The notes beneath the pieces were generated by a model, which did not search any database, was not told the DNA's origin, and saw nothing but the letters and a program-made list of their open reading frames with translations. Below are positions 9,345 through 21,705 of a stretch of 64,000 nucleotides of DNA, piece after piece. This stretch comes from Eremomyces bilateralis CBS 781.70 (taxonomy: Eukaryota): assembly GCA_010015585.1 (NCBI GenBank), contig ML975149.1. The stretch is one strand, 5' to 3'. Each line of letters opens with the position of its first letter. Position 1 is the first letter of the stretch. Position numbers and translations under genes: made by a program.

Positions 9345-12034
9345 ATGCGTCTACTAAAGCGCAGCGGCAATGGGGAGCTCAGTATGACCGACGACCTGGT
9401 TGAGGACGATATCCGTCGGAAATACGCCATCCTCTCGCATACATGGATACACGGCGAGGAGGTTACATTCGAGGAATTTCAGAAAGGTACGGGAACGCAC
9501 AAAGCTGGATACAAGAAGATCGAGTTCTGTGGAGAGCAGGCCGCTCGCGATGGGTTAGAGTATTTCTGGGTGGACACTTGCTGTATCGATAAGTCCAACA
9601 ACACTGAGCTGTCGAAGGCCATCAACTCCATGTTTCGATGGTACCGCGATGCGACGCGATGCTATGTCTATCTGTCGGATGTATCAGAGCCGGTCCCTAA
9701 TACAAACAACTCGCATTCGCCACCTTGGGAGACGGACTTTCGGCGAAGTCGATGGTTTAGGAGAGGCTGGACGCTTCAAGAGCTGATCGCTCCTAAGGTA
9801 GTCGAGTTTTTCTCCAAAGACCGAGTGTGGCTGGGAAACAAGAGATCGCTCGAACAGCAGATTCGCAAAATCACCGGGATTCCTGCGGCGGCCCTTCAAG
9901 GAGGTGCACTCTGTCAATTTAGCGTAAAAGAAAAACTGTTATGGGCTCAAGGTCGCGAGACAACGGGGGCGGAAGACCAAGCATACTCATTGCTGGGGAT
10001 TTTCGGGGTGAGCATGGCAATGATTTACGGGGAAGGAATAGACGAAGCGTTCCGGCGGCTCCATTTGGAAATTGAGAGAATATCCAAAGGCATATCATCC
10101 TCCTACCTCTTCTCACATCACAACGACGAGGAGTAAGGGCCGGCTAACTGAAACAGGCAACCAATTCGAAGACTTCTCGGTCAGCTTTAGTCTCGCGGAT
10201 GTTTCCGAAACTGAGCAATTCGTCGCAAGACAGACAGAATTGCTAGAAATGCACAAGACCCTTCAAGGCGATGGTAGTCGTCGCATCGCTGTCCTTCACG
10301 GTCTGGGAGGAATCGGTAAAACTCAGCTCACGGTCGCCTATGCTAAGCGGTATCGAGACAATTACTCGGCGGTGCTCTGGCTCAACGCCAAAGACGAAGA
10401 CTGTCTCAAGCAGAGCTTTGGCAATGTAGCTCGGAGAATACTCCAAGAACATCCGTCTGCTCCACGTCTCGGTGGTGTGGATTTGAAAGGGATCTTAGAC
10501 GAAGTAGTAGAAGCGGTCAAAGGGTGGCTAAGTGTCTCCAAGAACACCAGATGGCTCGTCATCTATGACAACTACGACAATCCTAAATTACGAGACGATT
10601 CGAACCCGACAGCATTAGATATCAAACGATTCCTCCCTGAATCATACCAAGGGTCGATCATTATTACCACGAGGTCGTCGCAGGTTACAGTCGGCCGTCG
10701 TATACCAGTCGGAAAATTGGAGGATATGCAGGACAGCATCGAGATTCTATCGAATGCGGCAAGACGAAACGGACTACGCGATGGTAAGAGATTCCATAAG
10801 TAAAAACATGTTTCTAACATGACCGACAGATCCGGACGCCATCGCACTTGTCAAAGAGTTGGACGGACTTCCTCTTGCACTAGCAACAGCCGGATCATAC
10901 TTGGATCAAGTGGCAGTCAGCTTGGCCGAGTATCTTCAGCTGTACAAAGCATCATGGCTGAAGCTACAGAAAAAGAGTCCGGGACTAAGCTCGTATGAAG
11001 ACCGAAAGCTCTATTCGACCTGGAACATTTCTCTAGGCCATGTCCGACGGCAGAACATGCTCTCGGCTCAGCTTCTTCAACTGTGGGCGTATTTCGATAA
11101 TCAAGATCTTTGGTTCGAGCTTCTTCAGCACAACGACTTAGAAGATCCCGAGTGGATTCGTGCGGTCACTGAGGACCGAATCAACTTCAACGATGCTGTT
11201 CGAGTGTTATGTGACCATGGACTGGTGGAAGCGGATTCATTGTCGCACGAGTTGGAGTCTCGTGGATACAGCATGCACAGCTGCGTACACTCCTGGACTC
11301 GTCATATGTTAAATCAAGAGTGGAACTGTAACCTAGCGAAGCTAGCGCTGAAGTGTGTCGGATTACATATTCCTGGAACTTCGAGTGATCGGTGGTGGAT
11401 TACGCAGCGACGGCTTCTAGGGCATGCGGCCAGGTGTTCCTTAATGGAGACAGAGGCATACGGCGAGATGGAATGGGCGTTACATAACCTGGGCCTGCTC
11501 TACGGCGACCAAGGGAAACTGAAGGAGGCAGAAGAGATGTACATGCGAGCGCTACAAGGAACGGAGGAGGCGCTTGGACCGAAGCACACATCCACTCTTA
11601 TTACTGTGGGCAACTATGGTGAGCTGTATACGAAGCAAAACAGGCTAGTCGATGCCGATAAGCTGATCCAACGGGCTCTGCGAGGATTGGAGAAACTACT
11701 TGGCCCTGATCATTTGATTACACTGGGGGCAGTCAATGGCGCTGGTCTTTTGTATCACAAACAAGGTCGGCTTTCTCATGCAGAGAGGACGTATCAGCGA
11801 GCATTACAAGGATATGAGAAGGCAGTCGGGAGTGAACAAGCCAAGACTTATGTCCCTGCGCTTGACGTAGTGGATAACCTCGGTAATCTATATGTGGAGA
11901 TGGGAGAGGAGGAGAAGGCACTGGAGATGTATTTGAATGCTCTTTCAGGATTTGAAGTTGTGCAAGGCCGGTCGAGCAAGCGATGGCAGGATATTAGTTC
12001 CTCTTTGGCAGCATTGCATGGGGATGTGGATTGA
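9345..12034 (+). CDS. HET-NB-ARC-TPR NLR. Exons 9345-10089, 10157-10783, 10830-12034
   Basis: HET motifs YAILSHTW, WVDTCCIDK, AINSMFRWY, WFRRGWTLQEL. P-loop HGLGGIGKTQL, WLVIYDNYD, IIITTRS, GLPLAL, MHSCVH. About four TPR units (HNLGLLYGDQGKLKEAEEMYMRAL..). Intron 2 10784-10829 is canonical; intron 1 is modelled as GC-AG 10090-10156. Confidence 0.92.
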
Positions 12035-12076
12035 AATGGCCTATTCCTAACGCTAATAGCAGCTTCTATGGGCACG

Positions 12077-12239
12077 TGTTACGAGAAGGGGATATCACGT
12101 GGTTGTGTTGTAGTTGACCGTCACCACACCCCGTGTGACAGTAGCTGTGACAGGAATCTTGATGAGGTTCCATCTCTACGCTAGGTTTGATTAGGCTTAG
12201 GCTCTCAGCCTATGCTAACCATGGGCCATGCCCATAACA
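12077..12239 (-). mobile_element. Short solo LTR related to the one at 12542, in the opposite orientation
   Basis: TGTTA..TAACA termini. The reverse complement begins TGTTATGGG..TGGTTAGCATAGGCTGAGAGCCTAAGCCTAAT, matching the start of 12542-12731. No matching target-site duplication (gcacg vs cctcg). Orientation is relative only. Confidence 0.7.
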
Positions 12240-12960
12240 CCTCGCGGCGTACCTGCTCTCTCTTCTTTTAGGTGTAAGAACCACTTCGTCTCCTTCCTGC
12301 ATAAGAGCTCTCTACACTATCAGGACGGTTGATACTCGATTAACTTGTCGGACCTCCTCAGATTCTTGATCTTCTAATGCAACGCTAGAGATCCAAGAGT
12401 CGGACACATAGGTCTAGAGAAAGGCACGACATGTATCCTAGGCCAAGGCTACCTCCTCTAGTGAAGAGCTGTAAAGGTATATAACTAGATATCGTCCGGC
12501 TTGCGGTGTAGGACGTCGCGAACGTATCTAAAGGATGTGAGTGTTATGGGTTGAAACCCTTGGTTGGCTAAGGCTGAGAGCCCAAGCCTGATTAGGTTAA
12601 GGGTTGATTCAGAGTCCAACCCTCTTCGATGTAAACAAGAAAGCTTCCCCTTCTTGTTCTCTTCTTTAACTTGATCTAGAATATATTTGGCTACGTGTAT
12701 GTTGTGTGCATCCAGCTACCGTGCCGTAACAGTGAGTGTAGGTCATATGCATGATAAGTCTAGGTGTTCCGTACTCCTTGAAGAACGACGTGGCGTAGCC
12801 GCGCTTATAGATAGTTGTCCGACAGTAGGACCGTATCGTCGAGGGGCTTGCTCTGGAAGCCAGCTAGAAGTTCCTTTGCATCTTATTCTCCGGCTTCGCC
12901 CTTTCTAATAGCGCGTTGTGGCACCATAGTCAAAGAAGTTTCTTAGAATAGTCGTAGAGA
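12240..12960 (-). pseudogene. Degenerate coding remnant interrupted by the solo LTR
   Basis: Removing the LTR and one TSD copy gives a continuous minus frame with scattered TAG stops: ..TTIYKRGYATSFFKEYGTPRLIMHMTYTH|IL*IRSRRPTPQAGRYLVIYLYSSSLEEVALA*DTCRAFL*TYVSDSWISSVALEDQESEEV.. Family not recognised. Confidence 0.3.
12542..12731 (+). mobile_element. 190-bp solo LTR with a 5-bp target-site duplication
   Basis: TGTTATG...CGTAACA termini, flanked on both sides by GTGAG (12537-12541 and 12732-12736). Confidence 0.9.
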
Positions 12961-14047
12961 CCTTTGGCTGCTTGGAGCGTTGATAGCGTCGACTACTTCT
13001 GGAACTGAAGGAGAGCACTGTAGAACTGCGAACAGGGCTCCTGACTGAGACCGAGACTGGAAATCTAGGGAGAAAGGGCATCTTTATGGTCCTTACCAGA
13101 GTGTATTTTCGACGGGCCCTCGTCTTTCAGTGGTATTGACCCTATGTTTTCGACCTCGTTTATACCGCTGGGAGAGTTATGGGGAACTCCCAATGCTGTA
13201 TGTTTTTGTTTTTGCTTTGTTTTAAAGCTGGCTATCAGGTATCTATTTCGCTGCAAGCGGCACACACCAAGTTGGAGGATATTCTATTAGACTTGGTGAG
13301 GGAGGGCCGGAGGGGAGATGGCAAGGACATGGTCCATGCCGTACATATATCAAGCCGACCGGCATATGCAAGTTAGGTCCTTTGATACAACAATCGGAGA
13401 CTGAAATCTCCCCCAAGCCACGGGTCTCTTAATTCCTATCGGCTTGCCTGGCCTCGAGATGGGCCTTATATAAGATGGAATTCGATATTTCTCTAGAAAT
13501 GCTGGGCTAGTCTCAATCGGTTCAGAGCTCACGGATAGAACTGGACCGCGAATATGACAAGAGGAAACTACGATGAAAACACTCCATTCAAATTCCTGGG
13601 CTTCATAATCCGGCACGACTCGATCACAGGCCACGATTCATGTGTTTGATTCTGGAAAACGGGCCGTCGAGCGCTGGATTGACGCTGGAGAACTCTACAT
13701 TGGCCCAAACGAGTTTCTGGACTCTTCTCCCCATGGTGGTCAACGCGATGGCGCCTAGCAGTTTTGGAGGCCGCCACGTCCATAGCGTAGTCACCATGTT
13801 TGCTGGCAATTCTGCGTACTTCGACTGTGTCTTTGGACAACTCCTGACCCCCTGTACACCTTGTCCGTGCTTGTCCTTTGTGGAGGGACTATCAGGGTAG
13901 TAAGCAGGCTTATCATCCAACTGAATAAACCGACAACACCAAGAAAAAGGACAGCCGAGTCTCGCCGACTGGCCAAGTCGGAAAAATAGTAGATTCCTGT
14001 TCAATAAAACCCTTTCGGATGCTTGGATTTCGTCCCTCGATCTGCCT

Positions 14048-14542
14048 CTAATGCGCACTCGCAAGTCCGTCCCCTACTACGTTCGCATCAAGTTCGCCCA
14101 CCAGCCCTTCGATCTCGTCACCAAACTCCACCTTCTGCCCCCTATCATCCGGACACATCAAGTCCAGCTTGCTATCCGGCCCCTTATCCATAATCAAGAG
14201 CTTCGCGAACTCCACCCGCCCGCTCGCGTCGCTCCAGTGTCCCAAATTATCCTCCTGCGGCCGCTTGGGGTCCAGCATCAACAGCATCCCCAGCGTGCGC
14301 CCCACAAAGTCCCAGATGAAGTAGACCTTGTTCTTGTACGCGGCAGGCGTCATGAAGGTTTGGAATTTGTTCTCGGCCATGGCGGGGTGGTCGATGAGGA
14401 GGCGGTAGAGGCGTTTGAGGTAGTTGACTTTGGAGGCCCATTGTTCGTTGGCGTCGGTGGGCACTTCGGCATTGAGCATGGCGTCGGTGTATGCTTGACG
14501 GGTGGCCACGTTGGGGTCGGGGAAGCGGAATCCACTAGGCAT
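14048..14542 (-). CDS. Hypothetical 164-aa protein, intronless
   Basis: GCC-ATG start, strong GC3 bias and globular composition (..KNKVYFIWDFVGRTLGML..). No family recognised. Confidence 0.7.
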   Translation of the reverse strand: MPSGFRFPDPNVATRQAYTDAMLNAEVPTDANEQWASKVNYLKRLYRLLIDHPAMAENKFQTFMTPAAYKNKVYFIWDFVGRTLGMLLMLDPKRPQEDNLGHWSDASGRVEFAKLLIMDKGPDSKLDLMCPDDRGQKVEFGDEIEGLVGELDANVVGDGLASAH

Positions 14543-15859
14543 GGCGAATGTATAGAGCCGGGCTACCTAATTGGAGTAAACAAGGAAATTGGAGAGGGTC
14601 CTATAGTTTCCCTGGAGATTAAATGCGAATTCGAGTTGATACATGTGCGGCTGAAGCTTGAAGAGCTGAGACTAAAGCTGATAGATAGGGGGAAGAGACG
14701 GTGACGTAATTACAATGTATTGAATGTGTTCCTTCCGGAACGGTACCAAAAAAACATCGATATTCACCTGAAGACTTCAAGGGGAACAAAACCGCGGTCC
14801 ATAACCACGACTATACCCGCAATACGATGAACCTCCTTAGTTGCCAACTGATATCTTTGCCTTGGACGTTCTGTCTTTGGTGCAGTCGAGATTGATACGC
14901 ATGCTGGCCAGAAGGGCTCCTCCAAGGTTTCGAACACTCTGAACCATAGCTGTCATCAGACGGCAGATAAAAGGTGAACGAAATAGATCTCATAACGAAT
15001 GACTCTAGAGATGACTGTACTGTAAGCAAGGCCTGGCAATGTGCCAGCACGGAATTGGGAGGCCTTCTGGGAGGGAATATGTGAAACCCGCATAAGAAGA
15101 TAGGGTTCTCGTCGAGCTATGCGGAAATAGATATATAGGACCTGCATGGAGGATTTGACATCCTTATTTATTTGTACCGGCAAGTGGTTGTTAAAAGACA
15201 ACTGCTTTACTGTACCCGTCGAACGTTTGATTTAGCATTTGTTATTGATGTTATAACTTATACTAACTATAGCTTCAACTTGTTGTCAGGGTCCATCCTC
15301 GTCAATATGATACATATAATGGATCGCCGAATCTCCCAAATTTCTTCGCGTTTTCACAATGATCTATAAGTCAACCGACTGCAATTTGTCGCCAGTATCC
15401 GTCTCTTCGACAGACTGGTTTTATGAATACCTTCGCAACAGCTCGTTTCCCAATGGACAGCCGATATGATGATATGCAATGTGGAAGCCTTTAATCCCGT
15501 ACGAAGGACAATCTATCACACTGGCGGTTGAATGGAGATATAATCGAATTCATTTTATCCTATTTTCTCACTGGCGTATCTTTACTATTTTCCCCGTTAC
15601 CGAGTCAATGATTTCTTTCGTACTTCCATGTCAGGGCAGGCTAGCACTATGAGTCTTCCCATCCGGTAGCGATACGGCCGATGCGCCGTAGCCCATACAC
15701 GACCGACACACACCGCACCGGCCTGCAGCTCATGAACAGGGGAGAAACGGCCACGGCTCATCGTCACGTTCTGTTCGTGGTGTGCTTTGCCATCGAAGGC
15801 CACGGGGGGTGAACCGCGGTTCAGGGGAAACGCACCACTATGAGTCGAGGGATGTCATC

Positions 15860-16740
15860 TTCACTCTGTCATAGGACGGGCATGACTATGGCAAGGACGT
15901 GGCGGGTCCGATGGGCTAGCTAGATGCTCTGGATCTGCCTGCCTTCGTCCATTTTCCTGTTTCGCTCGTAGAGCACTATGCATAAGATTCCTTGCTGGGA
16001 GTGTGGACTCGTCGTCTCCTATCGTCTTCTCTTGGGATAGGATCAAACGGCCCTGGATGAGGTAGCGGTTCAGAATGCTGTAAAGCGGCATCTAAGCGAG
16101 GATAGAAGCGAAGATATGTACCTTGTTGCTTGATTTCAATGGAAGCTTTTGAACTCAAACTGGGACAATCAGCAAGACTCTAAGCGGTAGGGCCGAAAAG
16201 CTCAGTGCAGGCAAATCATCCAATTCTATCAGGGAGACCCCTTCGTCCGTCTACCACACCATCGACAGTGGTGGTTCTATTAAGGCAGATGATCAGCTGC
16301 TACAGTGGAAACAAGACGATACATTCGGCATCCCGTCCTGGCATCAGTATCGGCATTGTGCAGAAGCTAGCGAAACCGTCTACAGGTATCGATTCGAGAC
16401 CAACCGATGCTGAAATTCTTCGGGTTTTATAGAAACGACGACTGAAACGACAGACGAAGATTATCAATTTCCTATCCGGTGACTGCCCGTCGCAAGAGTG
16501 AATCAATTCCCGGCAATCGTTCTTTCTGCCGCCGAGGGCTTGTCCGTAGGGCTCTTGGGATGTGGAACGAGATCAGACAAATTGCTGCCCAGGGGATGCC
16601 CAGATGTGGAAATATCCTGGGACATGGTCATCCAGTCGACCAGTCGAGTTGCTTTGCGACTGTGCCCCATCTCTAGATGATCGTGGGCAACGATTCCCAG
16701 AGGGTTGGGCTCCACCGTCGTGCTTGATCTTCTATACATG
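15860..16740 (-). pseudogene. Possible highly decayed SRPK-like (CMGC) kinase remnant
   Basis: Colinear fragments in several frames (MYRRSS..HDHLEMGHSRKATRLVD..GHPLGSNLSDLV; IHSCDGQSPDRK; VDGRRV..FGP..LADC) loosely resemble fungal SRPK-like kinase motifs. Resemblance by eye only. Confidence 0.2.
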
Positions 16741-17758
16741 TATATGAAACTTCATATAGAGCTATTTGTAAAGTGCTCTATCCTCTAGGGCCGGGGTGCG
16801 CCTTGTCCTTGGATTATTGGGCGATTTTCTTCGACGGTTTACCTACTACAATTCCTATTGAAGGAAAGGGCGGAACCCCTTGACCGAGTGTTTTAATCCT
16901 CAAGTTTATGTAATATGTTCACTATACGAACAACTCCTATAATTCCGGTGACAGGAATGGAGCTATAAGGATTCCTTAGTGACCCTGTAATTGAGCGCTC
17001 GTGCCGCCTCGTGGGTGATGATCCAGTTTCACCGCGCCTGTTGCGGAGAGCAATATATATCCCTGTCGACTACCCCATGATCTACGTGCATTCAATGAAT
17101 ACCGCCCTCCCCAGCCAAGCCCGCCACCAAATCCTGTATGAACCTATTGAACCTTACTGGACTCAAGCTCAACTACTCCGCTATCGTGAACTCTACCCGA
17201 AGTGGGGTAAGCCCCTAGATGTCCTCGTGTTTAAATGTGTTAAAGCATATATAGGTCGCTAGCGTGATCCTTTAAGGGTGTGAATTGTCTGGTCGTTCGG
17301 ATCGCGACTCCGGTCTGTACCATTTTTCTTCCCCAATTGTTCTTGGACCTCAACGACATGGATTTACCCCGCATCTTGTATAAGGGACCTCCGAATATCC
17401 GAAGCGAAGGCGCCCTGGTAGACCTCAGGGTTGCCCAAGCGCCGGGCGGCCAAGTGATTCAACGTTTCCCAGAACAATTTGGCACCGCGGCGCCCCGCAG
17501 GATGGCAATCATTGCCGTTTGGCGCGGCGAGGCCGGGGGGGTGGCTCTAACTGCACATGTACATGAGATCGATTGACCTCTCGCGTGCTTGATATGATTT
17601 CCCTGCCCTCGGCAACTCGTACTCATCCAGAGCTTTAAAGTCCTCGAGACACCGGATTCCGGTCTAGGCAGTATGGAGCAGGTTCTCGTCGTTCGAGACA
17701 CGGTTTGACTTCGAAAACTCTCGCTGTGACTTGCGCTCATAGTCTCCGAACGTCCAAC

Positions 17759-19748
17759 ATGGGGAAGCCAGATGATATGAACATTGACGATACCAAGGCG
17801 GCGGAGGCCGTGGTTGTGGAGGATGTTAACAAGCTCCACCTCACGGTCAGCCAAGAGGCTGCCACGCCAGGAGAGGGAGAGGCGATGATGACCAAGGCTA
17901 AGTGGTTGGCATGTATAGCTCTCGGCTTAGGATACACGACGCAATTCCAACAAGGAGCGTGTACCGGAGCTATCTTGAAAAGCATTGACGAAGAGCTGGG
18001 TAAGAGAGATAATAGGTATAAGAAAGAATGAAGCTGATGACGAAAAGGACCGACAAACTACTACAATTGGATGCTCGGTGCAAATACCATTGCAACTGCC
18101 GTGACATTGCCACTGGCAGGAGGCATATCAGATATCATCGGTCGACGTTGGTTCTTGATCTACGGTGGTGTGCTAGGCATCATCTCTGGAATTGTGGCGG
18201 TATCGGCCCAAAGCATTCCTCAGGTCATCGCTAGCAGCGTGCTTGCCGGTATGGGTGGAGGCGCACAACAGCTTGCGTGAGTTATCACGGATCTCGGCCG
18301 TTGTGAAATTACGAAATTGCTTACACCCGTTGTAGCCTCGCTGCAACCGGAGAACTCGTCCCCAACAAGCACCGAGGGAAGGTCCAAGCCTGTCTCGATC
18401 TTGCCATCCTCCCATGGACAATCTTCGGAACTCTCACTGGTAGGTATCCTGTGTAATTGTCAGTCTGGGGTGCGAATGCTGACCATTCGTCTAGGTGGAG
18501 CCATGGTCACGTACCACAGTCTCACGTTCCGGATCAACTTCATTATCGGCATCATCCTCAACACCATCTCTTGCCTCATGGCTTTTTTCTGCTACTTCCC
18601 CCCTACCAGGACCCACAAGCTCATTGAGCGTGGAACGACGAAGTGGAAGGCTCTCGCCTCTCTTGATTGGATCGGTGTGGGTTTCCTCACTGTCGGACTC
18701 GTGCTGCTTCTGGCCGGCGTGGCTCTGGGAGGCGCAACATACCCCTGGGATCATCCTGGATGGATCGTTCCTACGGTCCTTGGGTTCGTCTCACTCGTGT
18801 CTCTTGGTTTTTGGGAGTGGAAAGGGACCAAGGAGCCATTCATGGCCAGAGAACTCTTCGCCGGCAAACTCCGCACGTTCGTGCTGTTCCTCTGCGTCGA
18901 TTTCGTCGCTGGAATGGCCTTGTATGCCAGTGCGGCGTTCTGGGCGCAGCTCTGCAGAGGGGTCTGGCAGGTGACCCCGATCAAGGTTGGCGTCTTGAGC
19001 ATTCCCGGAGGATTCGGCGGTGCAAGTAAGTCCTTCTCGTGATTGAAAGGCCGGGACATATCGGATCTGTAACTGACTTGGAATAGTTGGGGGCTTTGCT
19101 GCCGGGATGGTGATCGGTCGCTACAAATACACTTCCACCAAACACTGTCTTATCTTCGGCACCATCCTCAAGATCATTGCAGATGTCATGCTCATGCACC
19201 TGAAGCCAGGAACCATCCCTCTGGGACTCGGGACTGGTTTCATCTCGATGGTCTCCACCGGCTGGACTAGCGTGTCCCTTATCGTCTGCGTGCAACTCAC
19301 CTGCGAAGATGAGGACATCGGTCTTGCTACGCTGATGCTAGGATCCGTCCGCGCAGTTGGTGGTTCCGTCGCGGTCACCATCTACTCCAGCCTGTTGACC
19401 AACACAATGAAGACCGACGCAGGTCCGAGGGTCGGGGAGGTGGTGTTGAAGATGGGCCTGCCCATATCTTCGTTACGACCGCTCGTCCTATTGCTCATCA
19501 ACGAAGACACGGAGCTCGCAGGTCACCTGCCCGGTATGACGCCGGAAATTTTGCAGGCCGCGCGGGATGCGCTCGCCTGGTCGTGGACACTCGCCTTTAA
19601 GCGCGTCTACACTGCCGCCACCGCGTTCGCTTGCCTCGCTTGCGTCGCTGCGATATTCACGAAGGACGTGTCACACGCGATGACGGACCATGTAGCGGTT
19701 CGACTTGAGAATGAGAAAGAGAAGGAAAAGGAGATTACAACAGCTTAA
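17759..19748 (+). CDS. MFS efflux transporter, TRI12-like (14-TM type), multi-exon
   Basis: Hydrophobic segments, MFS motif A GGISDIIGRRW, WKALASLDWIG, DIGLATLMLGSVRAVGGSVAVTIY, MTDHVAVRLE. GT-AG introns near 18000, 18277, 18440 and 19026. Confidence 0.88.
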
Positions 19749-20325
19749 GAAGGTAACCCGCGCATGATACTGATGAAAGGCGTATCTCTGTCCGTCAATA
19801 GGGGTATTAGTGCAATGAAATGGATTCTCTTGATTGACTTGCAAATTTCGATATATCCGAACGAATGTTAATGCATCGTCAAGTAAACAGATATCAACAG
19901 TGAAGCAGTACAAATGAAATCCAAGTCCGACAAGTAATCAATGACTATTATGTAGACGCCGAGTGGTGTTGGACTTGAAATGAGTGCATGTCGCGATACT
20001 AAAAGAAGCCGAGGGTCTCAACTCTCAACTCTCTCCCGTTCCACACCAGACGTTGGTTCCTTCCTTGCGTTCGTTGTGTGACGCCAAGTTGCACAGCCAC
20101 ACATCGACTTCGTCATCAGTCGACATCTCCCCCCAGACCAGCCATCATCATCACCACCGCCGAAACACCACAGTGAAAGGTACGCAGCCTTTTTGCCTTC
20201 TCTCTTTTCACAACGGCTGGAGCCTCCAACCTACAAAGCCATAACCTGATCTACGTGATCTCCTCCTCAACACCTCGCATTTCCGTCTGGTCCGAACCCA
20301 TCAGACACGCCCCCTCCCACCCAAC

Positions 20326-20898
20326 ATGTGCACCAGCTCCGACCTCTTCCTCGCCCTCCTCGCCGTCCTCTTCCCCCCCATCGCCGTCTGGATCAAAGTC
20401 GGCGTCTTCACCTGCTCCTCCCTCGTCAACGTCCTCCTCACCACCATCGGCTACCTTCCCGGCCTCCTCCACGCCTGGTACATCATCGCCGCCTACCCCG
20501 ACCCGAACACCTACGACTACGACTACGAAGCCCTTGAGTCCGGCAACGCCGACGGGGCTACCTACCCTCACGAACACGCCGTCGACGGCGTCTGGATCTA
20601 CGTGCGAGACCCCCGCCTGGCCCGCCGCGCCATCGTGCAGAGTAAACATCCGAATGGGTACGGCGCGGCGGCGCAGGAGCAGCAGCGGGGAAGGGGCAGG
20701 GAGAGTGATCGGCCGGCGCAGAGGAGCTATGGGACGACGGGGGGGCAGCAGAGCGGGGTGACGGGGCAGCACGCGGCGACGGGGGGTCAGTCGCAGGCGG
20801 GCGGAGAGGGTGGAGGGGAGGGGAGTGCGGGAGGGGCGGCGCCGCCGAGTTATGCGGATGTGGTGGCGGGGGATCATAAGGTTCAGCAGCATGATTGA
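20326..20898 (+). CDS. Pmp3/SNA (RCI2) family proteolipid with C-terminal tail and PPxY motif
   Basis: DLFLALLAVLFPPIAVW..NVLLTTIGYLPGLLHAWYII signature; PPSY near the C-terminus. Confidence 0.9.
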   Translation: MCTSSDLFLALLAVLFPPIAVWIKVGVFTCSSLVNVLLTTIGYLPGLLHAWYIIAAYPDPNTYDYDYEALESGNADGATYPHEHAVDGVWIYVRDPRLARRAIVQSKHPNGYGAAAQEQQRGRGRESDRPAQRSYGTTGGQQSGVTGQHAATGGQSQAGGEGGGEGSAGGAAPPSYADVVAGDHKVQQHD

Positions 20899-21705
20899 GG
20901 GGAGTTGGCGAGGATGGTGGTGTGGAGAACTGGGGAGGTTGTCTGGGCGCGGGCGATGCATGGGGGGATTGATCCATTCTAGGGGACGGTATGCGAATGA
21001 TACGCGGTGGCAGGCACGCCGTCTTGTTTCTTTGTTCTGAAGGCAGTTGGTGCTGGCATTGAAGGCGGAATTATTCTATTCGTATTGAATGATGTCTATG
21101 ATTAGTGCCTGTGGAGGGCAGTGGTAGCATGGTGGACTTGGCCTGTTAATCTGGAATCTTTTTATACCTTGAAATGGAAATCACATCCTCAATGATACTT
21201 CCTTAGGGTGACATTGAGACATCTGCGCTATGTGGACGATAATAACTACCTAATAGCATGGAAGAGCCATAATAATCAAGTACGCGAGTCTTTTGGTGTT
21301 AGGTGATAGACTATATTACGCGCATTGTCCTTTATGCATTTATCTGTGTCGACCGGAGTCATTTATGTAGCCCACTCCCTGATACATTTTATAATGTCGT
21401 TGGTCCATTCCAGGCCGAGTCCCTCGCACCGTCGACGGACCCCAAACGAAGGAGACACAAACCATATACACCGTGTCCAGTAAGGGGGGTCCCTCCTTCT
21501 AGTCCACCCGTCCGATAGAACTCCAATCGATGCCGCTAGAAGCAATAACAATAATAGGGTATTATGCGAGCGAACGTATGAGCGCGCAGAAGCAGGCTCG
21601 AGCTCCCAGAAAATAAGAAAGCAGGTCACCCCGGGAATGGACCGCTGCGTCCGGGTGAAAAAGTGAAAGTACGGTCGTCAACCCGGCGAGCAGACGGGAC
21701 GAACC

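Noticed and set aside
10133..10156. Canonical GT-AG intron joining HET to NB-ARC
   Set aside because: Only 24 nt long, and it puts NB-ARC out of frame.
12077..12731. A single 655-bp LTR or MITE bounded by TGTTACG..CGTAACA
   Set aside because: No TSD around the whole unit. The GTGAG duplication defines 12542-12731 as its own insertion, so this is two LTRs.
12900..14000. Possible Starship right boundary at the accessory/core transition
   Set aside because: No tyrosine-recombinase captain, direct repeat or recognisable terminus is visible in this window.
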